A stretch of 64,000 nucleotides of DNA. It comes from Octopus sinensis. Taxonomy: Eukaryota. The stretch is from positions 36,270,001 through 36,334,000 of the forward strand of contig NC_043004.1 in NCBI RefSeq assembly GCF_006345805.1, in the 5' to 3' direction. The notes beneath the pieces were generated by a model. That model saw only the letters and a list, made by a program, of their open reading frames with translations. It was not told where the DNA came from and searched no databases. Each line of letters starts with the position of its first letter. Position 1 is the first letter of the stretch. Shown here one piece after another: positions 40,400 through 53,197 of this stretch. Both the position numbers and the translations under genes were made by a program.

Positions 40400-40575
40400 T
40401 ATAAAGTTAATCCAAATAAGAAAACAAAAAAGACAACAACGCGAGGAGGTGGAACAATTAAAGTATTATTAGGCGCTCAGGAAAAAAGGAAAGAAGGAGG
40501 GTATGACGTTTCGAGCGGAGCTCTTCGTCGGAAACATAGGAGAAAGAAAGATCCCGATGTGGGAGGACAGAGGGA
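40400..40575 (-). mobile_element. Penelope pLTR-like fragment with a minimal HHR motif (40499-40535)
   Basis: Minus strand reads GUUU-CCGACGA-A-GAGC UCC GCUC-GAAA-CG-UC/AUAC, the minimal dimer-type HHR layout with one core change (U4 to C). It ends in (TA)n. Confidence 0.6.
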
Positions 40576-40584
40576 AAAAAAAAA

Positions 40585-41030
40585 AATTTTAACGTTCGCT
40601 TTCTATGTTGGCATGGGTTGGACGGTTTGACTGAAGGACTGGCAAGTCAGAAGGCTGTACCAGGCTCGAATTTGATCTGGCAAAGTTTAGCCGAATGCTC
40701 TTCCTAACGCCAACCACTCCGAGAGTGTAGTGGGTGCCACCTGCACGAGGGCGAGTAAGGCGGTACTGGCAACGACCACTCTCAAATGGTGTTTTTTACG
40801 TGCTACCGGTACGAGAGGAGTCAGGTGGTTTCTCAAGCACAGTTCACTGCCCAATGATTGAAGGGTACTCTTAAATGGGCCGGTCATGCTACACTGGCTT
40901 GCCGGGTCTTCTCAAGCATAGCATATCCCTAAAGATCTCGGTCACTCGTCATCGCCTCCATGAGGCCCAACGTTCGAAGGTCGTGCTTCACAAGGTCCTG
41001 CTAGGGCGTGATGCTTTTTCACGCAGGTGT
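40585..41030 (-). mobile_element. RTE-like LINE 3' tail or RTE-derived SINE
   Basis: Contains the reversed RTE-type tail motifs ..GGCATGGGTTGGACGG.. and CTTCCTAACGCCAACCAC; recognised by eye. Confidence 0.55.
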
Positions 41031-41234
41031 CCTCATCCACATATACAAATACACACCCACCCATACATCTACGTGTGTGTACGCGTGCGTGTGTGTATGT
41101 ATATATATATATATGCACACACATATATACATACACACATGTGTGTGCGCGCATTGTTTATTCAGGTTCGGCCAGTGGCCTATTATCCGAGCGTTTTCAC
41201 AGCGTGTTGCCGCCGCTTTTTCAAACAAATCAAA

Positions 41235-41271
41235 ATGAGGAAGAGAGACACGCCTCGCCACTTTTATGGCG
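41235..41271 (+). other. Candidate first coding exon of an unidentified gene
   Basis: CAAAATG start context, frame MRKRDTPRHFYG, donor G|GTAATA at 41271/41272 (phase 1), with a locally CpG-richer upstream region. Confidence 0.25.
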
Positions 41272-42034
41272 GTAATAGTGCGAAACAAAACTAGGGCAGA
41301 TGTGAATTGCTAAACAAATATACATGCACCATTTGTTTGATTTGCAGCACAGTGTGTAGATGGAGTGACGGGAAGAGATCGAATGGGAAGAAGAGGAAAG
41401 AGTGGTAGGAAGAATGTAGAAAGAAAAAAGGGAGTAGGGAAAAATAAAAAGGTTGGAAGAAAAAAGAAGAGGATAAAATGTAGAATAGGGGTAATGCTGC
41501 GCTTGTGTACGGTAATGCACACACACACATACACACGTGCACGTGCAAATGTGCACATTTACATCTACTCTCACTTCCAAATCTAGGAGCACTAACGTAC
41601 ATACAACATACACAAATATACCTTTATTCGCACATGCATACAAATATGTATGTACGTACACATGCGACCACAAGGGAAACTGGAAGCCCCCGTCCCTACG
41701 TGCCTAAACACACACAAACGCACACACAAAATACACACACATACACACTGAACACATGCATGCATACACATACACAAACACACATACACACACAAACAAA
41801 TACACACACATACACACGCACAGAGGCCCTATTTAATATTTTATCGGGGTTCTCATTGATCTCACATACACACACATATTGTGCAACTGTAGGGAGATCC
41901 ATTTCGAATTCATACAATGAATAAAAAAAAAACTGAAATATTATCAATGCATGCCGTTACATTGGCAAAATGACAATATCCGTTTCAATACATGGTTTCA
42001 CATGAACAATCTTGGAAAGCAAATCCAATTTTCT

Positions 42035-42037
42035 TTC

Positions 42038-42125
<88 letters not shown>

Positions 42126-42137
42126 ATTCTACCAATC

Positions 42138-42206
<69 letters not shown>

Positions 42207-42209
42207 CTT

Positions 42210-42263
<54 letters not shown>

Positions 42264-42272
42264 CATCTATCC

Positions 42273-42326
<54 letters not shown>

Positions 42327-42370
42327 TTATCTATCTATCTATCTACCTATATGTCTATCTATCTGTCGGT
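42035..42370. repeat. (CTAT)n microsatellite
   Basis: Directly visible. Confidence 0.95.
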
Positions 42371-42447
42371 ATGCCTCTCTAAATATATAACCACTTATGT
42401 ATTTATCCATTTGTTTATCTCATTATCTATCGATCTCTCTCGATCTC

Positions 42448-42502
<55 letters not shown>

Positions 42503-42894
42503 TGGAATGTTCGTGTGAAACAATAAGTGCCTAAAGTACTCTAAACCTGTATAGGATACAGGTCCAAATTGCAATTTTATTCTCTCATTCAGCTGTCCAA
42601 TGGATTGGCCAAGTCTGATTCCCTTCAATCTGGCTGACCTGTCTGGTCACTGATTGGACGAATCTCTGTCTGTAGCTTAAATAAATTGTCATGTACAACG
42701 TGGATTGGACTTGATCATTTCTTTTCAATAATGGTCAACTTGGCAGTCTAGTTTCAAACTGGATAGTGAGCACAGTATTGATACGTCAGTATGTTGAGAT
42801 TTCAACCGTACAGGTAGGCTAATCAAAGGAAATGGAATCAATGGAGACAGGCAGGACAGGTGAAAGAACACAAAGACAAATTGATTTAAGAGTA

Positions 42895-43770
42895 AGCTCC
42901 AGTAAAGATGTAAAATAATAATTTGGATGAAATCAGCATGAGTCCTAAACAATCAGCTGAAAATCTGAAGCTGACACTGATGGCTTTGAAAGACAACACA
43001 AAGCTAATTGGAGGAGTTACTATGGTTCTCGATGCTACTTTTGAACATTCACTCTAATAATTCCCAGAGACTTGATTAAACCAGTTCAATACCTTTCTGA
43101 AAAATATGTGATCTCTGGCTTCACATTCAGCAATTCAACTTTACATCCAGTATGCAAATCCATTTGGACGGTTGCTTACGATGATAAGGAATCGGCAATG
43201 GTGGTATTCCATATGGAAAATGGACTTCTTGAAAGATTCCTATCTCCAAATTCAATTGTCTCTTAGTAAATCAATGAAAGACAAGAAGAACTGACTGCCG
43301 GAGTCGTTCAAGACATTGATCCCTGACTGTCGGAAAATAAATGGCTCTACAAGTGAGTAAATAGAACGAAAAACATTATTGTTAACCAAATCATCTAAAG
43401 ACGATTAGAAATGCTTCCTGAGGAAAAAAGATGCTGCCAGCTAATAGGGGCAGACATTACCCGAAGCCTGTTGTAGATTATCCAACCGAATATCAGAACA
43501 GCCTTGAATCACCAGTAATCACTCCACGCGGTTGCTTGGATTATTGGTGATGTTCACTTTAATCTAGACGTTCCAAACCTTTTCCATGGCAGAAGAGTAT
43601 GCAAAAAATATGATGCTCATGTCTTAGAGATCAGAATCATGCCAGGAAAGTTTTCTAAACACATTCATTTTATTCCCAGAGTACACTTCCAGCTGACTGA
43701 ATAGCCATTTGAATTTAAAAGTTTCACTTTCCTTTCAGATTCCGTTTTACCATGATCGTCGATTCATCGA
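42895..43770 (+). pseudogene. Helitron RepHel PIF1-family helicase remnant
   Basis: With frameshifts and stops it reads RCKIII(W)DEISMSPK..TLMALKDNTKLIGGVTMVL..IGNG..WLY..NLDVPNLFHGRRVCKK..FIPRVHFQLTE*PFEFK. This is colinear with Helitron helicase motifs IIWDE, FGG..VLxGDF, IGNG, RNLD..LCNGTR and FIPRI..PFxFKR. Confidence 0.85.
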
Positions 43771-44130
43771 TATATCTTACTAACAATCATCCACAATTGT
43801 TGTAACGGTCATGGTGAATCATGTCTTTTCAGTTGAGTAGATTTATATTAGTAAGTCCAAGAATAGAAAAAAACAGTTGGCCTCTTCAACGCAGCATCAC
43901 AAGAACAAAACAAACAAGGATATGCTTTATCTTGAGTCTTTAGAACGAACAAATGAACAATATAATTTATATGGTAATTCACCTGAGGGAAAATATACAG
44001 AGAATTTTATTTATTACTCAAAACATTTGCAATGTTTTCCAAACTCCGTACACTACTGTAGGCTAATTGGCTGATAAAATATCCTATCATCGTCTGGCGT
44101 TTCTCATACATATCTTTATATATGTAAGCG

Positions 44131-44223
<93 letters not shown>

Positions 44224-44288
44224 GTGTGTGTATGTGTCTGTTTATCTATCTATCAATCCATCTATCCCTCCTCTATCTCTCTTTCTAC

Positions 44289-44326
<38 letters not shown>

Positions 44327-44327
44327 C

Positions 44328-45095
44328 TTCTGACAACGCAGAAAGTTTAATAAAACCTTTATATTTTGGACTCATATGCCCATCTTCAGAAGAAAAGATC
44401 AGTCTATGAAAAGTGAAGTTATGTAGGGTCCGTTAATCCATTTGCGACTCTAACATGTGCTTACGTACGTGCGTGGTATACCAAATACGATGCTCCAAAT
44501 CCATCGGTAACACAACACAACTATTTGGATTAAGGAGCATCTCACCACTAACGCGTCCTCCTTCCGCAAACAGACGTGGCAACACCACTAATGAGATAGT
44601 CGCCTCCATACTAGCCTCTTTGAATAACACCGGCAATTTACATATAAAAGAGGTTCTGCTGATCCAGCACTTCAACCCGAAAATTAACGGTCGATCTGAG
44701 CCTAGCTGGTGGTTCCTATGACAGTATCCAACAAATGGTGAATGGCCTACAACAACAGCCGAGATTTGTTTACACCAACTCTCGGACAAGCGTCAGCATT
44801 TAAAGAGTGACTGCTGCTACTACTACTGGTATTATGCCGTCAAACTATAAATGGTGAGTAAGCTTATAGCGACATTGGTGTTTGTTGTTTATTTACACTA
44901 ATGCGTGGGATTCGATGACACCTACGTTTGGAGAGCAACTGCTGCTGTTACATAAACGCTGTAAAGTTAGAATAGATTGATGGATCCTGCATAACTGGAC
45001 TTTTCTTAGACTGTTCTCTTCTTCTGAAGAGGGGCCTTTCAGCCCAAAATATATAGGTTTCACTAGACTTTACGCATTGTGAAAAGTTGTCTATT
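44328..45095 (+). mobile_element. Short Penelope-like element: GIY-YIG remnant (44455-44721) flanked by inverted pLTR copies with decayed HHRs
   Basis: The ORF reads CVVYQIRCSKSIGNTTQLF..ILAS..LHIKEVLLIQHFNPKIN. 44330-44400 is a diverged reverse complement of 45012-45090. Both carry CTGAAGA-GGGC..CC(A)AAA-TATA. Confidence 0.75.
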
Positions 45096-45194
45096 TACTC
45101 TTCTTTTTATGTTTCTTGATATTGCAATGCTTCAAGCAAACTACAACGCTCTTGCACACACACACATGAGTAGAGAGAGAAAGAGGTGGGAAGA

Positions 45195-45257
45195 GATAGA
45201 CAGACAGATAGATAGATAAATAAATAAGTAGATAGATAGGTAGACAGATAGACAGAC

Positions 45258-45328
<71 letters not shown>

Positions 45329-45339
45329 TAGATAGATAA

Positions 45340-45427
<88 letters not shown>

Positions 45428-45445
45428 TTAGATAGATAGACAGAC

Positions 45446-45490
<45 letters not shown>
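45195..45490. repeat. (GATA)n/(GACA)n microsatellite
   Basis: Directly visible. Confidence 0.95.
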
Positions 45491-46261
45491 TGCCTATATA
45501 TGTGTGTGTGGTTATGTGCGTATGTGTCTGCGTGTGTGCATTGGTGTATACGTATATATTTATGCAGGTGTATACATGGTGTGTTTTATTATGTCATGTC
45601 ATATATTATATGAAGCGTATTCACTGGCATATCAGCCACCCTCTCACATAACATGCATCCGATATTACAATGTTTTGTTGTCATCCACACGTTGCAAATA
45701 GCTTCCAGGTGGATGAAAGTTTGTTAATATTCCTTTCATCATTCTAGGAAAAATTTTCATTCAGATAACCAAAAAAGCATGTTTCTTAAAAGTAACAATG
45801 TCATTAAATATTGTAAGACTTTATCAGGTGTGAATAATGCATGGTGGAGAAGGTGAGATGATGAAATGATGTGGCCTCCCATGTAACATCTGTCGAGTCA
45901 TAAGCAATTTTTTTTTATAAGTTTATGCTAACAGCTATGAGAATTTGGCTTGCTTTCAACACATATTATTAAGAACAATTATTTTGCCGAGCGGACATAT
46001 GCTAATCAAGCTCCAGAGCTACGACACTCGCTTTCTTGTCTGTAATGCATCTACATTAGAAGTAGCGCAATTTGTTGGTATATTTAAAAATAAAAGAAAC
46101 GATTTACACACAGGCAAACCTTCTATATCATATATACATATATATATATATACACATACGTATATATATATATGTGTGTATATATATATGTATATATATA
46201 TATATATTATATATATATATATGTGTGTGTGTGTGTATATATATGTATATATAGATATATA

Positions 46262-46279
<18 letters not shown>

Positions 46280-46303
<24 letters not shown>

Positions 46304-46745
46304 TTTAACAATTAAGGATAACCTCTTAATAAGGGATCTTAACAAGAAATTATCGGGTAGTTAGCGTGAAAACCTCATAAAAGAAAAGAATTCGAAAATA
46401 ATTTTTTTCCCTTGAACAAATTAATTATATCTATATTGTATAGAGGGCATTATTACACATAAATGCCTCACACTAAGAGGGGCAAAGTCATTACTACCAA
46501 AATTATACTAATCATACCTAAATGCAGTTTTTCAAAGCAAGACATTTAAAAAATGAATTTAGTTCTGTATCACCGTGATTTCACATTCAACTTACGTCTT
46601 ATGATCCTCAGCAGAACTGATTCTGAACACATCATAAATAAACTACCAACCTTACGTAGCGTAGGTATGATTAGTATAATTTTGGTAGTAATGACTTTGT
46701 CCCTCTTAGTGTGAGGCATTTATGTGTAATAATGCCCTCTATACA

Positions 46746-46750
<5 letters not shown>
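46280..46750 (-). mobile_element. Non-coding pLTR-like element between (TA)n tracts, with an 87 bp inverted repeat
   Basis: 46434-46520 and 46662-46748 are reverse complements with 1 mismatch. Both outer ends abut (TA)n. Confidence 0.8.
46561..46618 (-). ncRNA. Type I hammerhead ribozyme
   Basis: Minus strand reads AGUUCUG-CUGAGGA-U CAU AA GAC GUAA GUU GA AUG U-GAAA-UCAC G GUGA-UA/CAGAACU. It has a perfect 7 bp stem I, CUGANGA and GAAA cores, a near-palindromic stem III and an AUA triplet. Confidence 0.75.
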
Positions 46751-46826
<76 letters not shown>

Positions 46827-46859
46827 CATTATTATTGGTAATCATACACACACAACAGA

Positions 46860-47905
46860 TTAAACTGTTGGATTAGAAAATTTCCTAACATCGGGCTACA
46901 ACAAATAACTTTAGATGCCAAAACTCTACGTATCCTAGATGTGCCTAATAACACTGTTTTCTACAGCTGTGCTAAAATGGGTTTTATGCCTATTTCCTCT
47001 ATCCATCTGTTCAGATATTTAGTGATAGTTTCTAATACACGTATTCCTACTGAGATACATTTTACCCGCACTTTCCATAATCTCAGTAATATAACGGCTA
47101 GATCCTGCTACTTTGCTAATTTTTTCTATACTTCTCATATTAATTTTTTCATCTTTTCGGACTGTAAATTCAATTATATGGCACTTTCTATTCTCGTTAT
47201 CTACTACTACCAAATCAGCTCTTCTAGCTTCTATTACTCTGTCAGTCTGAACGTTAAAGTCTCACGACATCTTGTATTTCTCACTTTCTGGTGGTACTTT
47301 ACAAGGTTCATGTTCATACCATTTATCAGTATAATCAAAACCTAGCTTTCTACATAACTCCCAGTGGACTGCTCTCCCAAGATTGTCATTTCTTTTCTTG
47401 TATTCTTTTTGTGCCAGCATGCTACATTCACCTACTATATAAGTAGCACTTTTCCCTTTTGATTTGTATAACCCACATTGGGAATCTACATGGTCTTTGT
47501 CTATTTTGGCTTTTATCCAATTAGTCCTTAATGCTTGATCTTGTGCTGTTACTAACAAACATTCTGTCTCCCTTTACTACTATTTGCTGCAAGTATCTTT
47601 GAGAATCTACCATGTAAAGCCTTCTCCTGCCAGTCAGATAATTTCTGTTATCTTTTCTGGTTTATATGTTCGTTTGGTGTTTTGGTTTCCCTATGTCTTG
47701 CTTTGACTCTAGCAGCTTTTTATAAACTTTCTTCACTATTACCTACATAGGTGTTTATATCTACTCCAGCTAACTCCACGCAATCTTTTACTGATATTAA
47801 CCCTCTTCCACTAGGTAGGTATAATCTACCCCTGCCCCTGATGGAGTCCTCCATTCATATTGAATTCCTTCCTAGTTCTTCTATCTAGCTTTGCTAATTC
47901 AGTTT
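46860..47905 (-). mobile_element. R4/Dong-type RLE LINE 3' fragment
   Basis: LLVTAQDQALRTNWIKAKID..ECSMLAQKEYKKRNDNLGRAVHWELC..WYEHEP..DFNVQTDRVIEARRADLVVVD..CHIIEF. Confidence 0.9.
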
Positions 47906-47959
47906 TTGTCCAATCTACTATCATCATCATCATCATCATCATCATAATCATCATCATTA

Positions 47960-49985
47960 TTATTATAGACGTCGCACAGTATACAATATCGTGAGGTTGT
48001 TGATTGAAGATATACTCACAATGTCTAGCAGGGGTTTGTGCTGTTTATTAAGTGACAACTAGGACCTCAGACACAATACTTTACCTGATATGCGTGCAGT
48101 TACAAGTAATGTCGACTTCTGCAATACATCTAGATTGTAGGATATCTCTAAGGTGTTCAGATGTTTTTTTCAGATTGGGTGTTATTGAACTCAATGCTCC
48201 GATGACAATAGGGACAACCTTTATGTTTGATTCTCGTAGCTTCCACGTTTGGCAATCTCAATTCTCAGGTTTCCATATTTCTCGACCTTTACTCTTTCTT
48301 TCATGATGTTATGTTGATCTCCTAGCACTGCTACTTCAATTATTAGGCCCTCCTATTTGTCCCTCCTAAAGGTTACTATATCCGGCCTTCGGTGCTCTGA
48401 TACTTTGCCCGTGTGGAAATCAATGTCCCAGAGGACTTTTGCTTTCCCCTTTTCGTCCATTACTTTTTCCGGTGTATGTTGGTACCAAGCACCCGTAACC
48501 TCATGTTCATACTTACGGCATAGTAGCCACTGGTTTTGGGCTACTTTTGTCGTGTCTACGCTTGTACTCATTCTGCGCAAGACTTTCATAAACACTAACA
48601 ATGTGAGACACACTTTCGGCCCTCTTCGCACTCATTCTGCAGAGGTCCAATGCACTTGTGTGGTATATATTCTTTTTCACTGAGCTGGTATTCAATGCCT
48701 GCTCCTGGACCGCGATGATTAGGCTTTCAGTATTTTTGTAGGTCACCCTTGTTGAGCCACCTCTATGATGCTTCCTGGTCTTTTAATTTGTTGGTTTCAC
48801 AGTGGAACTGACCATATAATTCCATGCAGAGTAGGGTTTCTTCTATCTCGTTGGCTGTTCTTGTTCGGAATTTATGAGCTCTCTCAAGTCCACTTTGTTA
48901 ACCCCTTCTGCACTAGCAGTATACTGTAGCAGATCTTGTTTGCTGTTTACCAAATATTCTGTCATATTTCGTCTTTCACTGTTGATGCACTCACGTACGC
49001 TAATCAACCCACGTCCACCTTTACAACTCTTCATATAGAGCCTGTGTACATTTGTCTTAGTATGGAGGGAATTGTCACTGTCTTTCGGGTAGTGCGATCG
49101 AGTTGGTTACTCTCCGCATGTGTCTATCTCGGGGTGGGTGCATATGTTGATGGCAGTCACTAGGTTCCTTGAGTTCAGTTTTGATTTCAAGAGAAGTTTG
49201 AGGCTCTTGAAATATGCAGCGATGACCTTGTTTTTCATTTCGCTGTGCAAGATATTGTCTAGCTCCAGGATGCCAAGGTACCTGTACCAATCATCATCCG
49301 GGTCTTCCATTCGCTCTCCGTTTTTCAGTTCTATACCCTTACAATTCACTCTTTTCCCCGCTTCAAAGTAAGTACGGCACACTTCGAGATATCGTATTCT
49401 ATCCCTATACCCTTGCTGCATATTTGTACAGTCTCAACCAACCCCTCCATTTCAGGCTCTGCTCTTGCGAACAGTTTTAAATCATCAACGAAGAGAAGGG
49501 TGGTGGTGATTGAGACGAGGTCCGTTCTTTCTCGAGCTTGTAGTGATTGTTGACTTTGCGTAAGGCTACAGAAAGTGGGATCAAGGCTATAACAAATAAG
49601 AGAGGTGAACAAGAGTTTCCATGGAAAATATTTCTTTTGATTATTATCTCGGCTAAAAGCTGGTTGTTACAGGAAAGACGCGTTTTCCAACTAGGCATGC
49701 TGTTCTTAAACAGTGCATCCACGTTCTCAGCTATTCAATACACGTCGAATGCGGCAACATGCGGTAAGCCTTTTTGAAGTCTATCCAGGCCATGCATAAG
49801 TTTTTTCGCTACCGTTTACAGTTCTTTATTACAACTTTATCTATCACAAGGTGGTCCTTGGTGCCCTTGGATCCATTTCGGCATCCCTTTTGTTCTACTG
49901 GCAGTAGATTGTTTTCGGCAAGGAACGTATATATTTTCCCTGCGAGGGTACCTGTTAATACTTTCTATAGAAGGTAATATGCTCC
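47960..49985 (-). mobile_element. R4/Dong-type RLE LINE, RT through endonuclease, decayed
   Basis: EQKGCRNGSKGTKDHLVIDK..WIDFKKAY; KRNIFHGNSCSPLLFVIALIPLS; LLFVDDLKLF; YRYLGILE; IAVQEQAL..YKRRHDK; LWD..EHRRPDIV. Confidence 0.92.
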
Positions 49986-50009
49986 CAACTATTCTTACAA
50001 AACAGCATA

Positions 50010-50560
50010 AAATTAACGACTGAACTCGAGACGATCCAGCGAAGATCGACATAATGCGACATTTCAGCTTCTAAGAGAGACTGAAAGAGTTAAGAGTCGA
50101 CTACCTGGAGTGAAGACAAGAGAGATATGCAGTAATATATATCTGGAAGTTCCTATAACAACTTGTACCAAATTTTGGCATATCAGTTACACAAACAGTA
50201 GGACGGTGTGCCACTGCATAGTATTAAAATTACAAACATTGCCATCAGGATACAGACCCAGACACTACAACAGCTTGGGCTTCCAAGGCCCACAGCTCTC
50301 CAATATTCTTCCACAAACTCTGAGAGACCTGCCTGGCTTGAATGTAGGCGTTTTCAAAACAAAACTGGATCATCATCTGTCAAAAGTTCCGGAAGAACCT
50401 ACCTCAGAGCAATAAACGCTGATGAGAGCAGCAACGTCCAACTCCCTCATCCACCAAATGTCACATATCAGAGGAAGTTTAGTGAAAATGTGGCAAAGTA
50501 ACCGGCGGTGACCCAACATGGCCGCAGTCCTTGGGAGGAAACTTAATAATAATAAGTAAT
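50010..50560 (+). mobile_element. CR1/L2-group LINE 3' end
   Basis: ERLKEL..ERYAVIYIWK..NSLGFQGPQLSNILPQTLRDLPGLNVGVFKTKLDHHLSKVPEEP, followed by a short UTR with an (AAT)n tail. Confidence 0.7.
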
Positions 50561-50637
50561 ATATATCATATATATTAGTATATGTTACATATATTTGTGT
50601 ATCTGTGTGTGTGTGCGCGCGTGTGCACGCGTGTGTG

Positions 50638-50677
<40 letters not shown>

Positions 50678-50682
<5 letters not shown>

Positions 50683-52065
50683 AAATTTAAAAACCTATTG
50701 AACAGCATAAACCCAAATATACAGTTCACAATGGAATACAACCAAAAGGAGCTCCCGTTCTTGGATATACTAATTAAAAAATTAACCTTAAAATAGAAAC
50801 AGACATTTTTTACAAAGCTACAGACGCCAAACAATACCTTCTTTTTAATTCATGCCACCCAAGACACACTAAAACAAACATCCCCTTCAACCTTGCAAGA
50901 AGGATATGCACAATAGTGTCAGAACAAAATACCAGGAACTTTAGACTGCAAGAACTCAAAAACACCCTAATTGACAGACATTACCCAGCTCAACTCATAG
51001 AGGATGGGATCAGACGTGCAACAGAAATCAACATAGAAACTTTAAGAAAAGTTCAACACAACAACACACCTTCCCCGAAAATACTACCTTACATATCTAC
51101 ATACAACCCCAGAAACAAAGAAGCCTTCACCATCATCACCCAGAATTTACCAATACTTCATAAAAACCCAAAATTAAAGGAAATTCTAAACATACACCAA
51201 ATCATTAAAAGCTACAAACAGCCTAAATCACTTAAAAAGATTCTCACAAAGGCAAAATTGTCTTCTAAAATTATGGATGCAAAAGTAAAAAAATGTGGTA
51301 GATCGAACTGTGCAACATGTCCTAACCTATTGGAAGGATCATAATTCTTCTTTAAAGAGGGACAGAAATTTAAGATCAAATCTAACTTTACTTGTGCCTC
51401 TGAAAACATAATTTATGTTATTAAATGCTCGGGCTGCCACCAAGACTACGTGGGTTCCACGGGACTATCACTCAGGCGCAGATGCACACTGCATCGACAA
51501 CAGATTGCATTCCCAGAATATAGAATGATACCTTTTAGTGAGCACATTGAGAAATGCGCAAAGCAACTACTGCCACAATTTTTAATCTTCCCATTTTACC
51601 AATGTGCTTTCGGATCATCAACACAAATGAGACTGAACAAGGAAACATTCTTCATTGAAAAGTACAAACCCAGACTCAACCATCCGAACATACTGACACA
51701 GAGAAATTAACAAGGAAATGGCAAAAAAAATTTTTTAAGCGATTATCTCCCCTACACCGGAAAAAATCACTCACTACCTCCCCTTATTTAGAAATCTCCT
51801 GGAAATAAAAACAACGATAATTCCATGCAATATAAACATAACGTCACAAGAAATTTGAAAAGCTACACGCGAAACCGGTAATTTCTTTAAAAATTTTAAA
51901 ATTATGTCATTTTAAGGAAAGGAAAAAAATTTTTCCAATATTCTCCAGACATTTTGACACAAATATATATATTTTTTAACATTTAAGCCTTCTGTCGTTT
52001 TTTCACACTTTACTATTTTCTTATATATTCACCCACGTGCTTTACCAAACAAACTTTCTTATCTA
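50678..52065 (+). mobile_element. 5'-truncated Penelope-like element (RT thumb + GIY-YIG endonuclease + 3' UTR) inserted in (TA)n
   Basis: LNSINPNIQFTMEYNQKELPFLDILI..FYKATDAKQYLLFNSCHPRHTKTNIPFNLARRIC..CGRSNCATC..FTCASENIIYVIKCSGCHQDYVGSTGLSLRRRCTLH..ETFFIEKYKPRLN. One frameshift (~50790) and one stop (~51344); coding ~50680-51710. Confidence 0.93.
51848..51887 (+). ncRNA. Decayed minimal hammerhead ribozyme in the Penelope 3' UTR
   Basis: AAGAAAT-TTGAAAA-GC TACAC GC-GAAA-CCGG-TA/ATTTCTT. Stem I is a perfect 7 bp and stem III is palindromic, but the core reads TTGAAAA instead of CUGANGA. Confidence 0.6.
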
Positions 52066-52379
52066 TATATATATATATATATTGTACGATATATATTTAA
52101 AGGGAAAAAAATATGACAAGTCAATCAGTCGCCCGCTGACACTCGTTGACGCTACATCGAAGAGGCCAGGGAACAGAAGAAAGAAGACATGCACCCAACA
52201 CCAGAGCTGAAGACACCTCCGAAAGGGGGGGGGGCGCCACGTCATAACGGTAGAGGAGTAGGGGTCGAAACCGGACGTGGTTCCTCCTGATGATCTTGAG
52301 CTAACTGGATCATATAAAGGGGTTGTGGTGGTAGCAGACCACGAAACTCGGTTGTAATTCCTTCCTATATCAAGATTAT

Positions 52380-52925
52380 TGCTTCCACCTATGCTCACAA
52401 CGCAGTGTGAATTTAATAGCGGAACTAGAAGCAACCCAACGAAGCTACACGAACGCTGCAAGTTAATTACTGGAAATGACCGAAGAGTCACTCCTTGGAA
52501 CAAAGGTGGGAAAGATATGCTGCAATATACACCTGGAAGGACTTGTTACAAGCTTTCGCGTAGAGAGTTATGCAAACGCCAGAATAGGGCGCCATTGCAT
52601 AGTGCCCAAAGTCACCCCCCCCCCTGCCGTTAAAATACAGGACCAGATAATATAACAGTTTGGGTTTCAAAGGCCCACAACTCTTCGATTATCCTCCCGG
52701 AGGCGCTGAGAAACGTACATGGTGTGGATGTAGATGAATTTAAAAGTAAACTGAATCTCCTGCTGTAAAGAATCCCAGACGAGCCAACTTGACGGCAGGT
52801 GGTGGGAATGAGAGCAGCATCATCAGACTCCCTAATTCCTCAAATGCCAACTATTAAAGGAGGATTAATGTGTAGCAACACCAGGTTAGGGATGCACCAG
52901 CATAGCTACAGCCATTGAGCTGAAA
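52380..52925 (+). mobile_element. CR1/L2-group LINE 3' end (same family as 50010-50560)
   Basis: LIAELEATQRSY..ERYAAIYTWK..LPEALRNVHGVDVDEFKSKLNLLL*RIPDEPT. Confidence 0.7.
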
Positions 52926-52935
52926 TTAATTATAT

Positions 52936-53132
52936 ATAGGAGTGGCTGTGTGGTAAGTAGGTGCAGGAGTGGCTGCGTGGTAAGTAGCTTGCTTACCAAC
53001 CACATGGTTCTGGGTTTTTGGCAAGTGTCTTCTACTATAGCCTCGAGCCGACCAAAGCTTTGTGAGTGGATTTGGAAGACGGAAACTGAAAGTAGTCCGT
53101 CGTATATATGTATATATATATATATATATTAT

Positions 53133-53197
<65 letters not shown>

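Noticed and set aside
52200-52370. HHR from CTGAAGA (52207), GAAACCGG (52267) and CTGATGA (52287)
   Set aside because: The half-motifs are present, but stems I and II do not close in any permutation and the triplet is GAC. At most it is a badly decayed pLTR.
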